A stretch of DNA of 64,000 nt from an uncultured Acidimicrobiaceae bacterium (lineage in GTDB: Bacteria; Actinomycetota; Acidimicrobiia; Acidimicrobiales; SZUA-35). A model generated the notes under the pieces. It ran no database searches, was not told the DNA's origin, and saw nothing but the letters and a program-made list of their open reading frames with translations. Shown here piece after piece: positions 1 through 9,499 of this stretch; positions within the stretch are counted from its first letter, which is position 1, and every line of letters begins with the position of its first letter. The DNA lies in NCBI GenBank assembly GCA_947259095.1, contig CAMYLA010000001.1:26586-90585 (forward strand), in the 5' to 3' direction. The position numbers and the translations under genes are program-made.

Positions 1-73
1 TTGTGGATTGCCGGCGACAGGGAGTGGCGGACCGGGTCACCGATCACCGCGGCCAGGCGGGTCAACCCGGAGA

Positions 74-1240
74 TCAAGAATCGAGGAAGCCCAGCTCTGC
101 GGCTATGGCCTTGTTCTCGTTGTGCTCCTCGAGGGTGGTGGCGAAGGCGTGATTACCCTCGGCGTCGATCCGCACGTAGTACAACCACGGACCCTCGACG
201 GGGTTCATCGCCGCTTCGAGCGACTTGCTGCCGGGGGCGGCGATCGGCGTCGGTGGCAGGCCCCGGCTCTCCGGGTGGCGGGTGTTGTAGGGGCCCGGCG
301 TATCGAGTTCCTCCCTGGTTGGCACCTCACCGCGGGACTGCTTGCCATAGATGAGGGTGGCGTCGATGCCGAGCGGGATACCCTCGTTCAGCCGGTTGTA
401 GATGACCCGGGCGATCTTGCCCCGATCGCCGTCGGTCTTGGCCTCGGCCTCCACCAGGGAAGCGATGATGATCACGTCGTAGGCCGACATATTGTGTTTG
501 CGCTCGGCGCCGCCGTACCCGAGCTCGCCGGTGACGGCGGCGAACTCGTTGCTCATCTTGGCCAGGACCTCGGCGGCACCGATCTCCTCCTCGACGAAGT
601 ACTTGGCGGGGTACAGCAGGCCCTCCCAGCTGTCGTTGCCGGCTGGCCGGTACCGGGGTTCGATCTGCCCGGAGTCCAATGCGGCCTGCAATTCGCCGAC
701 GGTCATGCCGGGGATCTGGGATGCGGTCCGCTGCAGGATCTCGGGAACCCACAGGCCTTCGGGTACCAGGAACTCCCCGTATTCGATCTGCTTGGGGCCT
801 CGATCGATGACCGCCATGGCCTCATCGGCCGACATGTTCACCTGCAGCACGTATTCGCCGGCCTGGAATTCGCTGAAGTCCTTCCATTCCGCGTAGTAGC
901 GGAAGAACGTGCTGTTGGGGATGACATCGTTCGATTCCAGAATCGAGGCCAGGGAGCCGGTGGTGGCCCCGGCCGGCACGATCAGGGTGACCTCGGCCCC
1001 CGGTTCACCCTCCGGGTCGAGCTGGGTGGCGAACCAGCTCCGACCGCCGGTGTAGATCACGAAGCCGATGCCGACCAGGATCACCGCCGCCACTGCGGCC
1101 CGCAGCATCCGCAGACCCGGTGGCCGGGCCCGCACGAAGTCGGTCTCGTCGTCCCATTGCAGGTCGGACTGGTCGGCCAGGCGCCGGTCGACATCGGTGG
1201 CAGGCGAGTTCTCGCCTTCCTGTTGGTCGAGAAAGGTCAC
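74..1240 (-). CDS. mltG: Endolytic transglycosylase MltG (YceG family)
   Basis: N-terminal TM helix, ASLVEAEA catalytic Glu, GIDATLIYG, YNT..RGLPPTPIAAPG; follows alaS-ruvX. Start put at GTG 1240, 7 nt after TAACAT; ATG 1249 is the alternative. Confidence 0.93.
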   Translation of the reverse strand: MTFLDQQEGENSPATDVDRRLADQSDLQWDDETDFVRARPPGLRMLRAAVAAVILVGIGFVIYTGGRSWFATQLDPEGEPGAEVTLIVPAGATTGSLASILESNDVIPNSTFFRYYAEWKDFSEFQAGEYVLQVNMSADEAMAVIDRGPKQIEYGEFLVPEGLWVPEILQRTASQIPGMTVGELQAALDSGQIEPRYRPAGNDSWEGLLYPAKYFVEEEIGAAEVLAKMSNEFAAVTGELGYGGAERKHNMSAYDVIIIASLVEAEAKTDGDRGKIARVIYNRLNEGIPLGIDATLIYGKQSRGEVPTREELDTPGPYNTRHPESRGLPPTPIAAPGSKSLEAAMNPVEGPWLYYVRIDAEGNHAFATTLEEHNENKAIAAELGFLDS

Positions 1241-1297
1241 CCGATGCATGTTAGTGCCTGGACCGCACGGCCATGCGGCGTAACTCCGAGGTTGAAC

Positions 1298-1753
1298 TCA
1301 GCAGCCCCCGAACGGTGACTGGGCGTCGATCCACGACTGCAGGATGACCGCCGCCGCCACCTGGTCGACGACCTGACGGCGCTTCCGGCCCCGGACACCA
1401 CCACGGGCCAGGCCGTCCTCGGCCGTGACCGTGGTCAGCCGCTCGTCGTGGCTCTCGACCGGTACCGAGAGCGATCGGCGAAGGGCCTTGATCTCCGAAC
1501 CCACGGCCCTGGCGGCCGGCCCGAGCCCACCATCGAGCGACCGGGGCAGCCCGACAACGACCATGACCGCGCCGGTTTCGCCGACCAGCTCATCGATCGA
1601 GCGGTGCTCCGCCGGCCGGTCCCCGACCCGATGAACCGTTCCGTAGGGGGTGGCCAGCCGCCGATCGGGATCACACACCGCCACCCCGATCCGACGGTCG
1701 CCGAGGTCGAGCGCCAGCACCCGCCCGGTGGCCGGAACCTGGCCGTTGCCCAT
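1298..1753 (-). CDS. ruvX: Holliday junction resolvase-like RuvX/YqgF
   Basis: VLALDLGDRRIGVAVCD, VVGLP, DERLTT, VDQVAAAVILQ motifs; alaS-ruvX-mltG synteny. Confidence 0.93.
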   Translation of the reverse strand: MGNGQVPATGRVLALDLGDRRIGVAVCDPDRRLATPYGTVHRVGDRPAEHRSIDELVGETGAVMVVVGLPRSLDGGLGPAARAVGSEIKALRRSLSVPVESHDERLTTVTAEDGLARGGVRGRKRRQVVDQVAAAVILQSWIDAQSPFGGC

Positions 1754-1823
1754 CAGAGGTGCGCCTGGCTCAACCGCAGCGCCTGCCCGGCCGGGGGGTA
1801 GGTCTCCGGGGCCACCGACCGGT

Positions 1824-4424
1824 TCAGGACCCGCCGGCCACGGCCGCGGCGATGCCGGCCGCCTTTCGGGCCAGGTCGAGGGCGTGGTCGACACCGTCGG
1901 GGTCCTTGCCGCCGGCCATGGCCAGATCGGCGCCCTTGCCGCCGCCGCCCTTGATGGCCTTGGCCCCGTCTGCGATCAGTGTTCCCGCTTCCGGTCCCCC
2001 ATCGGGGACCACCGCCGCCACCAGCGCCGCCCCACCACCGTCGGCGGCGCCGCCCAGCACCACGGCGTTGACCTCTTCCCGGTTGCGAACCGCAACCGCC
2101 AGATCCTTGAGCTGATCTCGGGACATCCCGTCGATCCTGGCCACCACCACGCCATCGACGGCCGAGCGTGCCAGCTCACCGGCCTGGCCGACCGCCAGCC
2201 GGCCCTGGAGCGCCTTGACCTGGTCCTTGAGCTCCGCCAACTCCTCGAGCCGCTTGGACAGCCCGTCGACCAGGTCGACCCGGGGAACGCCGAGTCGGGA
2301 GGCCGCATCGTCGACCAGGGCCTGCTCGCTGCGGAGCAGATCGATGGCCCCCGCTCCGGTGACCGCTTCGACCCTGCGGAGGTTCGATCCGATCGAGCTT
2401 TCGCTGACGATCTTCATCAGACCGATGTCGCCAAGGGCCGAGACGTGGGTGCCCCCACAGAACTCCAGCGTCGGCCCGGCTCGCAGGACCCGGACCATGT
2501 CGCCGTACTTGTCGCCGAAGAAGGCGATGGCCCCCATCTGCTCGGCCTCGGCCTTGGTGACCTCGGGGTGTTCGGTGGCCGGGTTGTCCAGGACCTGTCG
2601 GTTGACCAGGTCCTCGATGTCCTTGATCTGGTCGGGGGTGACCGGATCGAAGTGGCTGAAGTCGAACCGGAGCCGGTCGGGGCCGACCATCGAACCCTGC
2701 TGCTTGACGTGATCGCCGAGCACCTGACCCAAGGCCCAGTGCAGCAGGTGGGTGCCGGTGTGGTTGCGGCGGATGGCGTTGCGACGGTCGACGTCGATCG
2801 ACATCTTGGCCTGCTGACCGGCCAGGATCTCACCGTCGATGCGATCGATGACGTGGCGGTGGACGCCGGGGAGGGCGTAGACGGTGTCCCGGACGACGGC
2901 GGTGCCGGTGTCGGTGGTGATGGTGCCGGTATCGCCGATCTGGCCTCCGGATTCGGCGTACATCGGGGTGCGATCGGTGAACACCGAGACGGTGTCGGTG
3001 CCGAGGCCGGTCACCAGGAGCACGGTGGCGTCGACGTCTGTCAGTTCGTCCCGGCCGACGAAGTCGGTCTGGCCGTGCTCCTCGACCAGAGCCTGGACCT
3101 GTTCGACGTCGGCGGCCTGGACCACACCCTTTCTGGCCTCCTTGGCCCTGGTGCGCTGTTCGGCCATGTCGGCCTCGAAACCGTCACGGTCGACCGAGTA
3201 GCCCCGTTCGGCCACCACCTCTGCGGTGACATCGAATGGGAAGCCGTAGGTGTCGTGCAGCAGGAACGCAACCGAGCCCGGCAGTTCGCCGCCAGGTTCG
3301 AGTTGGCCAAGCTGCTCGTCGAGGATGGCCGAACCGGAGGCCAGGGTCTTGCGGAACTGGATCTCCTCCCGTTCCACAACCGACCGGATCAGGTCGTGGG
3401 TGGTGACGAGCTGGGGATAGTCGTCGCCCATGATCTCGACCACAGTGTCGACCAGCCGCCCCGTCACCAGCTCCTGGACGCCGAGCAGGTAGGCGAAGCG
3501 GATGGCCCGGCGCATGATGCGACGGAGCACGAATCCCCGATCCTCGTTCGAGGGAAACACCCCGTCGCTGATCAGGAACGCCATCGTCCTGGCGTGCTCG
3601 GCCAGCACTCTGAGGGCCAGGTCGGAGTTGTCGTCCTGGCCGAGGTGGTAGCCGGTGATCTCCTCTGCGGCGGCGATCAGCCGGGCCATCTCGTCGATCT
3701 CGAACACCGTGTTCTTGCCCTGGAGGATCATCAGGATCCGTTCCAGCCCGGCGCCGGTGTCTATCGAGGGCTTCGGCAGTGGATGGGAGTTGCCGTCCTC
3801 GTCGGTTTCGAACTGCATGAACACGAGGTTCCAGATCTCGATGAAACGATCCTCGCCGCCGTGTTCTGGCCCGCCGTCCTCGCCGAAGTCCGGGCCCATG
3901 TCGAAGAAGATCTCGGAACTGGGACCGTTCGGACCGGTGTCGGCCATTCGCCACCAGTTGTCCTCGTCGAGCCGCTGGATCCGCTCGGCCGGGACCCCGA
4001 CCACCTCGCGCCAGATCTCGGCCGCCTCATCGTCGCTCAGATGCACGGTGACCCAGAGCTTGGCCGGATCGAGGCCGAGCACCTCGGTGACCAGCTCCCA
4101 GGCCAGGGGGATGGCCAGCTCCTTGAAGTAGTCCCCGAAACTGAAGTTGCCCATCATCTCGAAGAAGGTGAGGTGGCGGGTTGTCCGACCCACTTCGTCG
4201 AGGTCGTTGTGCTTGCCACCGGCCCTGACACACTTCTGGACCGTGACCGCCCGATTGTGCTCGGGCTTCTCCTCGCCGACGAAGTACGGCTTGAACGGCA
4301 CCATGCCCGAGTTGACGAACAGCAGCGACTGGTCGTGCGGGATCAGGCTGGCCGACGGGATCGATAGGTGATCCCGCTCGACGAAGAACTCGGTGAAACT
4401 CTTTCGCAATTCTTTGGCCTTCAC
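1824..4424 (-). CDS. alaS: Alanine--tRNA ligase
   Basis: LLFVNSGMVPFK, HLTFFEMMGNFSFGDYFK, DTGAGLER, editing-site NHTGTHLL and EFCGGTHV, C-terminal GGGG. Confidence 0.98.
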   Translation of the reverse strand: MKAKELRKSFTEFFVERDHLSIPSASLIPHDQSLLFVNSGMVPFKPYFVGEEKPEHNRAVTVQKCVRAGGKHNDLDEVGRTTRHLTFFEMMGNFSFGDYFKELAIPLAWELVTEVLGLDPAKLWVTVHLSDDEAAEIWREVVGVPAERIQRLDEDNWWRMADTGPNGPSSEIFFDMGPDFGEDGGPEHGGEDRFIEIWNLVFMQFETDEDGNSHPLPKPSIDTGAGLERILMILQGKNTVFEIDEMARLIAAAEEITGYHLGQDDNSDLALRVLAEHARTMAFLISDGVFPSNEDRGFVLRRIMRRAIRFAYLLGVQELVTGRLVDTVVEIMGDDYPQLVTTHDLIRSVVEREEIQFRKTLASGSAILDEQLGQLEPGGELPGSVAFLLHDTYGFPFDVTAEVVAERGYSVDRDGFEADMAEQRTRAKEARKGVVQAADVEQVQALVEEHGQTDFVGRDELTDVDATVLLVTGLGTDTVSVFTDRTPMYAESGGQIGDTGTITTDTGTAVVRDTVYALPGVHRHVIDRIDGEILAGQQAKMSIDVDRRNAIRRNHTGTHLLHWALGQVLGDHVKQQGSMVGPDRLRFDFSHFDPVTPDQIKDIEDLVNRQVLDNPATEHPEVTKAEAEQMGAIAFFGDKYGDMVRVLRAGPTLEFCGGTHVSALGDIGLMKIVSESSIGSNLRRVEAVTGAGAIDLLRSEQALVDDAASRLGVPRVDLVDGLSKRLEELAELKDQVKALQGRLAVGQAGELARSAVDGVVVARIDGMSRDQLKDLAVAVRNREEVNAVVLGGAADGGGAALVAAVVPDGGPEAGTLIADGAKAIKGGGGKGADLAMAGGKDPDGVDHALDLARKAAGIAAAVAGGS

Positions 4425-4497
4425 GGCCCCACACTACCCGCCGAGTGGGTTTTGGGCGCTCGATTAGCGGCACTCGTAACGTTCAGGGGGCCGCCGA

Positions 4498-5136
4498 TCA
4501 GCCGTCCCACGGCGCCCTGGACCGGCGGTATGACCGCTGCACCCGGTCGACGGTCGGCGGTGTGCGCCGCCGACCGGCTCGGCGGCGGCCAGGGCGGACC
4601 GGGCCGTCGATTTCGGGCAGCGGATCGTCGCCGTGGCGCTCCGGGTGGTCCGGCCAGCGCCGGTCCGGCCTCGCGGTGGCCGACTCGTTGTCGGCGCGGA
4701 CATCGATCAGGGCCTCGTCGGCCGCGGCGTTGCCCCTGGTCACCCGCAGGTACTCGGCCTTCAGTTCACGTCGCTTCGCCTCGGCCTCGAAGCCGATCTC
4801 GTCGCCGATCGATCGGACCCGGGCCACACCGTAGGCCACCCGCCTGCCACCGCCGGTGGCCGCCTGGCCGGCCCGCCGGGAGCCCGAAGCGACCCGCCTG
4901 GCGGTCCTGGCAGCCACCAGCGCCGAGCCTCCAACCCTGGTGGCGTCGGCCGGCACCGCCACCAGCATCCGCAGCACGGGGTCCGGCAGCCGATCCTCGA
5001 GCTCGGCGGTGGCGTTGTCGACCGATCGGGACAACGAACGGGAGGCCGATCGCCGCAGCAGGTATCGGGAGACGGTCCCGATGGCGAACCACCGGAGCCG
5101 TCGCCATCGCAGCATGCGCCCCGCCAGACCGATCAT
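4498..5136 (-). CDS. Hypothetical protein (position and N-terminus resemble DUF6167-type genes upstream of alaS)
   Basis: ATGA overlap with the upstream DUF948 stop; RRLRWFAIG hydrophobic start; predicted helical C-terminal half. Confidence 0.6.
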   Translation of the reverse strand: MIGLAGRMLRWRRLRWFAIGTVSRYLLRRSASRSLSRSVDNATAELEDRLPDPVLRMLVAVPADATRVGGSALVAARTARRVASGSRRAGQAATGGGRRVAYGVARVRSIGDEIGFEAEAKRRELKAEYLRVTRGNAAADEALIDVRADNESATARPDRRWPDHPERHGDDPLPEIDGPVRPGRRRAGRRRTPPTVDRVQRSYRRSRAPWDG

Positions 5137-5579
5137 TGGTCTCGGCCGTTCCGTCTTCTTCCCGCTCCGGTGACTGCGGAGAGCTCCGGTCCAACGCCGG
5201 GCTGGCCGCCGTCGGTCCGGCGGCGCTTGCCGAACAACCACGATCGGGCCACCTTGCCGGTACCAGAGGCCACGGCCAGCGTGCGGATCATCGGGTCCTG
5301 CACCGCTTCGTGGGTCCGTCTCGACGTCTCACTGATCGCGGTCGTGGCCTGATCGGCACGATCGAGCACGATGTCCACCTTGTCCAGTTCGGCGTCGGCA
5401 TCGGCCACCAGTTGCCGCAACTCCCGGAAGGCGGCGATCCCCTCGTCGCGGAGCTGGTGGGCAGTGTCCTCGAGCTTGGCCAAGGTGTTGTTGAGGTTGT
5501 TGACGACGGTGATCAGGAAGACGGCGGCCACGACGATGGCGATGGCCACGATCACCGCCGCCAGTTCGGTGATGGTCAT
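5133..5579 (-). CDS. DUF948-like membrane-anchored coiled-coil protein
   Basis: N-terminal TM followed by heptad-rich region; translationally coupled to rarA; typical actinobacterial position. Confidence 0.75.
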   Translation of the reverse strand: MTITELAAVIVAIAIVVAAVFLITVVNNLNNTLAKLEDTAHQLRDEGIAAFRELRQLVADADAELDKVDIVLDRADQATTAISETSRRTHEAVQDPMIRTLAVASGTGKVARSWLFGKRRRTDGGQPGVGPELSAVTGAGRRRNGRDQ

Positions 5580-6922
5580 GATGGTCGCTCGGTTCGGGTG
5601 GCGTCGGGGTCGAATTGGCTCATGCGGTTGGCGATCTGCTGCTCCTCACCATGTTCGGTCGGCACGAAGTAGCGTCGGTCGGCGACGTCGTCCGGCTTGT
5701 ATTGCTGGGCCACGTGCCCATCGGGGTAGTCATGAGGATAGCGGTAGCCCTCGCCGTGACCGAGACTCTTGGCTCCCCGGTAGGAGCCGTCCCGCAGGTG
5801 CATCGGCACCTCGCCGGCCGGGAGCTCCTGCACATCGGCCAGGGCCCGGTTGAGCCCGACATAGGCCGAGTTCGACTTGGGTGCGGTCGCCAGGTGGGCG
5901 GTTGCGTGGGCCAGGTTGAGTCTCGCCTCGGGCAGACCCACGTATTCGACGGCCGCGGCGGCGGCATTGGCCACCAACAGCGAGGTGTGGTCGGCCAGCC
6001 CGATGTCCTCCGAGGCGGCGATGACCAGTCGCCTGGCGATGAAGCGAGGATCTTCGCCGGCGGTCAGCATCCTGGCCAGCCAGTACAGGGCGGCGTCGGG
6101 ATCGCTGCCCCTGATGCTCTTGATGAAGGCGCTGATGACGTCGTAGTGCTCGTCCCGCCCGTAGCGCAGCGCCTTGAGATCGGTGGCGGCTTCGGCATCG
6201 GCCAGCAACACCCTGGGCGAGGCCGCTGCCTCCTTTGGATGCTCTGCGGTTCTGGCCGAGGCCAGGGCAACCGCGACCTCGAGGGTGGTGAGGACCTGGC
6301 GCCCATCGCCGGCGGCCCTGGCCGCCAGGTACCCGACGGCCTCATCATCGGCGGTCGCACCCTCGGCCTCCAGTCCCCGGATCACCAGCAGCGTCAGCGC
6401 ATCCTCGTCCAACGGTTGGAGCCGGAACAGCGTGGACCGGCTGCGCAGCGGGGGGTTGACCTCGAAGAACGGGTTCTCGGTCGTTGCCCCGATCAGGATC
6501 AGGACCCCCGACTCCACCGCCGGCAGCAACGCGTCCTGTTGGGCCTTGTTGAACCGGTGGACCTCGTCGAGGAACAGGATCGTGCCCCGGCCATGGGCTC
6601 CGAGCCGCTCCTCGGCGGCGGAGATAACTTGCCGAACGTCTTTCACCGTGGCGTTGACCGCCGATAGCTGAACGAACTCCTTCGACGAAGCGGAGGCCAC
6701 CAGCCGGGCCAACGTCGTCTTCCCCGTACCCGCAGGACCCCAGAAAATGACCGACGACAATCGATCAGCTTCGACAAGCCGACGCAGCGGCCCTTCGGGA
6801 CCGAGCAGGTGGGCCTGGCCCACCACATCGTCCAGGGTTCGGGGCCGAAGTCTGGCGGCCAGCGGAGACCGTGCCTCCAGCCGCTCACGGGCCGCAGCGG
6901 CGAACAAGTCGTCTGAGGCCAA
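5576..6922 (-). CDS. rarA: Replication-associated recombination protein A (RarA/MgsA AAA+ ATPase)
   Basis: PLAARLRP, GPAGTGKTT, LFLDEVHRFNKAQQD, GATTENP, HYDVISAFIKSIRGSD; TTG start with a GGGAG RBS. Confidence 0.95.
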   Translation of the reverse strand: MASDDLFAAAARERLEARSPLAARLRPRTLDDVVGQAHLLGPEGPLRRLVEADRLSSVIFWGPAGTGKTTLARLVASASSKEFVQLSAVNATVKDVRQVISAAEERLGAHGRGTILFLDEVHRFNKAQQDALLPAVESGVLILIGATTENPFFEVNPPLRSRSTLFRLQPLDEDALTLLVIRGLEAEGATADDEAVGYLAARAAGDGRQVLTTLEVAVALASARTAEHPKEAAASPRVLLADAEAATDLKALRYGRDEHYDVISAFIKSIRGSDPDAALYWLARMLTAGEDPRFIARRLVIAASEDIGLADHTSLLVANAAAAAVEYVGLPEARLNLAHATAHLATAPKSNSAYVGLNRALADVQELPAGEVPMHLRDGSYRGAKSLGHGEGYRYPHDYPDGHVAQQYKPDDVADRRYFVPTEHGEEQQIANRMSQFDPDATRTERPS

Positions 6923-7060
6923 CCGATCTCCCTGTCTCGAGCAACATGACGGTCGCGGGCCTGGTGGCCGCCGCGACCGGTGCTTGTCGAGGCTAGCCGA
7001 CTCACTCCCCCGCCCCGCCAGGATACGGGTGCGACCCTCGACAACGAGGAGCCGGATCCG

Positions 7061-7648
7061 ATGACGATGCTGCTGACCGCCATCTTGTACCTGTGGCTCG
7101 CCGCCACCATCCTGCTGGCGGCGACCTGGATCTTCCGGCGACAGGATCGACGTCGCAACGACCCCCTGGATCACGGTGGCGAAGCTCCCGCCGGCACCGG
7201 CGACCACCGCGGCGCCGACCGTCCCGTGCCTCGCCCCGGAGGCGACGCCGAATCTCACCGCGACACCGCAACGGTTGCGGTTGCCACCGGTTCCGGGCCG
7301 ACCGTGCTCGAACTGCTGGACGGGGCGGTCCTGGCCCATGACCTCACGCCGACCACCGGCCGCATCAGCGACCCCGACCGCCATGCCATCTTCTTGTCGA
7401 CCACCCCGGATGCCGAGGCGATCGGCACCGCCTTCGCCGACGAACTGGACCGGCTGGGCTACACCATCGAACCCGATGGGCTCGACCAGGCGAGGGCGAC
7501 CAGAGGCGACGACGTCCTGTGGCTGCGGATCAGTCCCGAGGCCGGGACCGTCCCCGATGGCGATGGTCATCGCTACCCGACGGCCGGCCCCTCCGACGTG
7601 GCCATCGAGATCTGGACCGGGCAGGACAGTCCCCCAACGCTGAGCTGA
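7061..7648 (+). CDS. Hypothetical membrane-anchored protein
   Basis: ATG after GAGGAG, clean N-terminal TM helix, fills the gap between rarA and aspS. Confidence 0.7.
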   Translation: MTMLLTAILYLWLAATILLAATWIFRRQDRRRNDPLDHGGEAPAGTGDHRGADRPVPRPGGDAESHRDTATVAVATGSGPTVLELLDGAVLAHDLTPTTGRISDPDRHAIFLSTTPDAEAIGTAFADELDRLGYTIEPDGLDQARATRGDDVLWLRISPEAGTVPDGDGHRYPTAGPSDVAIEIWTGQDSPPTLS

Positions 7649-7700
7649 ACCGGCCCGGCCGCCGCCGACGGTGACCCGGCCGTCTCGGCGGTGGCGGTGG

Positions 7701-9449
7701 TCAGTCGGTCTGGGGCAGGACCCGGACCCCGAGCTCGGCCAGCTTCCCGCCGTCGATCTCACTCGGCGCCCCGGTCATCGGATCGAGACCGGACTGGGGT
7801 TTGGGGAAGGCGATGACCTCCCGGATGTTCTCCTCGCCGGCCAGGATGGCCACCAGCCGCTCGATGCCGACCGCGAAGCCGCCGTGGGGCGGGGCACCGT
7901 ACTTGAAGGGGTTGAGGAAGAAGCCGAACCGGGCGTCGGCCTCGGCCTCGTTGACCCCCAGCAGCCCGAAGACCCGCTGCTGGAGGGCGTGATCGTGAAT
8001 CCGGATGCTGCCCGATCCCAACTCCCAGCCGTTGAGCACCAGATCGTAGGCCCAGGCCCGCACCTCCATCGGTGCCGACTCCAGCTTCGGGATGTCCTCG
8101 GGGCGGGGGTGACAGAACGGGTGGTGGCCGCTCTTTGGGTGGCCGGTGGCCTCGTCGACGCCGACGAACAGCGGGAAGTCGACGACCCACAGATACTTGA
8201 ACGGCCCCTGGCTGACCGGCGGACGGCCCAGCCGGTTCCGCAGCTCCCCGAGCACCTCGCACGTCGTGTGCCAGTTGTCGGCGATCAACAGCAGCAGGTC
8301 GCCGACCTGGGCGTCGGTCCGCTCGATCAACGACTTCTGTTCGGTGTCGGACAGGAACTTGGCGACCGGCGAGTCCAGCGTGAGCCCGCCGCCGTCGGCG
8401 TCCTGGCCGACCTTCATCCACACCATGCCCTTGGCCCCGAACGACTTTGCGGTGTCGGTCAGCCCGTCGAGCTTGTTACGACCCCAGTCGCCCGCTGCTC
8501 CCGTGGCGTTGATCCCTTTGATGGCCTCGGCGGTGGAGAACGCCTTGAACTCGGTGTCGGCAAAGACATCGGTCAGCTCGATCAGCTCCATGTCGAAGCG
8601 GATGTCCGGCTTGTCGGTACCGTAGCGGTTCATGGCGTCGAGCCAGGTGATGCGGGGCACGGGCTCGGGCCGTTCCCCGGTGACCGCCTCGGCCGCATCG
8701 AGCACCGCAACCTCCACCGCGGCAAGTACGTCGTCGACGTCGACGAAGCTCATCTCCATGTCGAGTTGCATGAACTCATATTGCCGGTCGGCTCGGAGGT
8801 CTTCGTCCCGCAGGCAGCGGGCGATCTGGAAGTAGCGGTCGATGCCGCCGACCATCAACAGCTGCTTGTAGAGCTGGGGTGACTGGGGCAGGGCGTAGAA
8901 CGAGCCCGGCTGCTGTCGTGACGGCACCACGAATTCCCGAGCCCCCTCGGGGGTGGTCGGCATCAACATCGGTGTCTCGACCTCGACGAAGTCCTGGTCG
9001 ACCATGGCGGCCCGCATGGCGGCGTTGACCGTGGACCTGATCCGGAGGTTGCGCTGCATCCGGTCCCGGCGCAGGTCGAGGTACCGGTAGCGGAGCCGGA
9101 CCATCTCATCGACCTCGTCGGCCCGATCATCGAGTGGAAACGGCGGGGGCTCGGCGCTCGACAGGACCTCCACCTCGGCCTCGGTGATCTCGATCTGCCC
9201 GGTTTCGAGCCCGTCGTTGACCGTGCCGTCTGGGCGCTGGGTGACGGTCCCGGTGACCTTGACGACGTATTCGCTGCGAACGTCGACGCTGTTGTCGACC
9301 ACGCACTGGACCAGGCCGGTGTGATCCCGGAGGTCGACGAAGGCAAGATGCTGGCTGTGCTCCCGCCGCCGGTTGACCCAGCCGGTGACCGTGACCCGTT
9401 CACCGATATGGGACTGGCGGAGTTCCCCGCAGAGATGGGTTCGCATCAT
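7701..9449 (-). CDS. aspS: Aspartate--tRNA ligase, probably non-discriminating Asp/Asn type
   Basis: MRTHLCGELR, ALPQSPQLYKQLLM, RDEDLRADRQ, GAPPHGG, IREVIAFPK; His in RRREH suggests the non-discriminating type. Confidence 0.97.
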   Translation of the reverse strand: MMRTHLCGELRQSHIGERVTVTGWVNRRREHSQHLAFVDLRDHTGLVQCVVDNSVDVRSEYVVKVTGTVTQRPDGTVNDGLETGQIEITEAEVEVLSSAEPPPFPLDDRADEVDEMVRLRYRYLDLRRDRMQRNLRIRSTVNAAMRAAMVDQDFVEVETPMLMPTTPEGAREFVVPSRQQPGSFYALPQSPQLYKQLLMVGGIDRYFQIARCLRDEDLRADRQYEFMQLDMEMSFVDVDDVLAAVEVAVLDAAEAVTGERPEPVPRITWLDAMNRYGTDKPDIRFDMELIELTDVFADTEFKAFSTAEAIKGINATGAAGDWGRNKLDGLTDTAKSFGAKGMVWMKVGQDADGGGLTLDSPVAKFLSDTEQKSLIERTDAQVGDLLLLIADNWHTTCEVLGELRNRLGRPPVSQGPFKYLWVVDFPLFVGVDEATGHPKSGHHPFCHPRPEDIPKLESAPMEVRAWAYDLVLNGWELGSGSIRIHDHALQQRVFGLLGVNEAEADARFGFFLNPFKYGAPPHGGFAVGIERLVAILAGEENIREVIAFPKPQSGLDPMTGAPSEIDGGKLAELGVRVLPQTD

Positions 9450-9457
9450 GGCAGCAG

Positions 9458-9499
9458 TGACCTCACAACAGTTGACCTCACGGTACGGACCTCACAACA
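9458..9499. repeat. Short imperfect tandem repeat (GACCTCAC x3, period 14-15) including the hisS stop
   Basis: gacctcac at 9459, 9474 and 9488; two copies extend to gacctcacaaca. Confidence 0.7.

Noticed and set aside
1650-4367. 905-aa plus-strand ORF, and similar long antisense ORFs (12669-14594, 38513-40867, 44583-46148, 60676-62334)
   Set aside because: Shadow ORFs opposite well-supported genes; expected from high-GC codon bias; no motifs.
6923-7762. N-terminal 280-aa extension of the rarA ORF
   Set aside because: It overlaps the better-supported plus-strand gene 7061-7648; RarA homology begins at about 6922 after an RBS.
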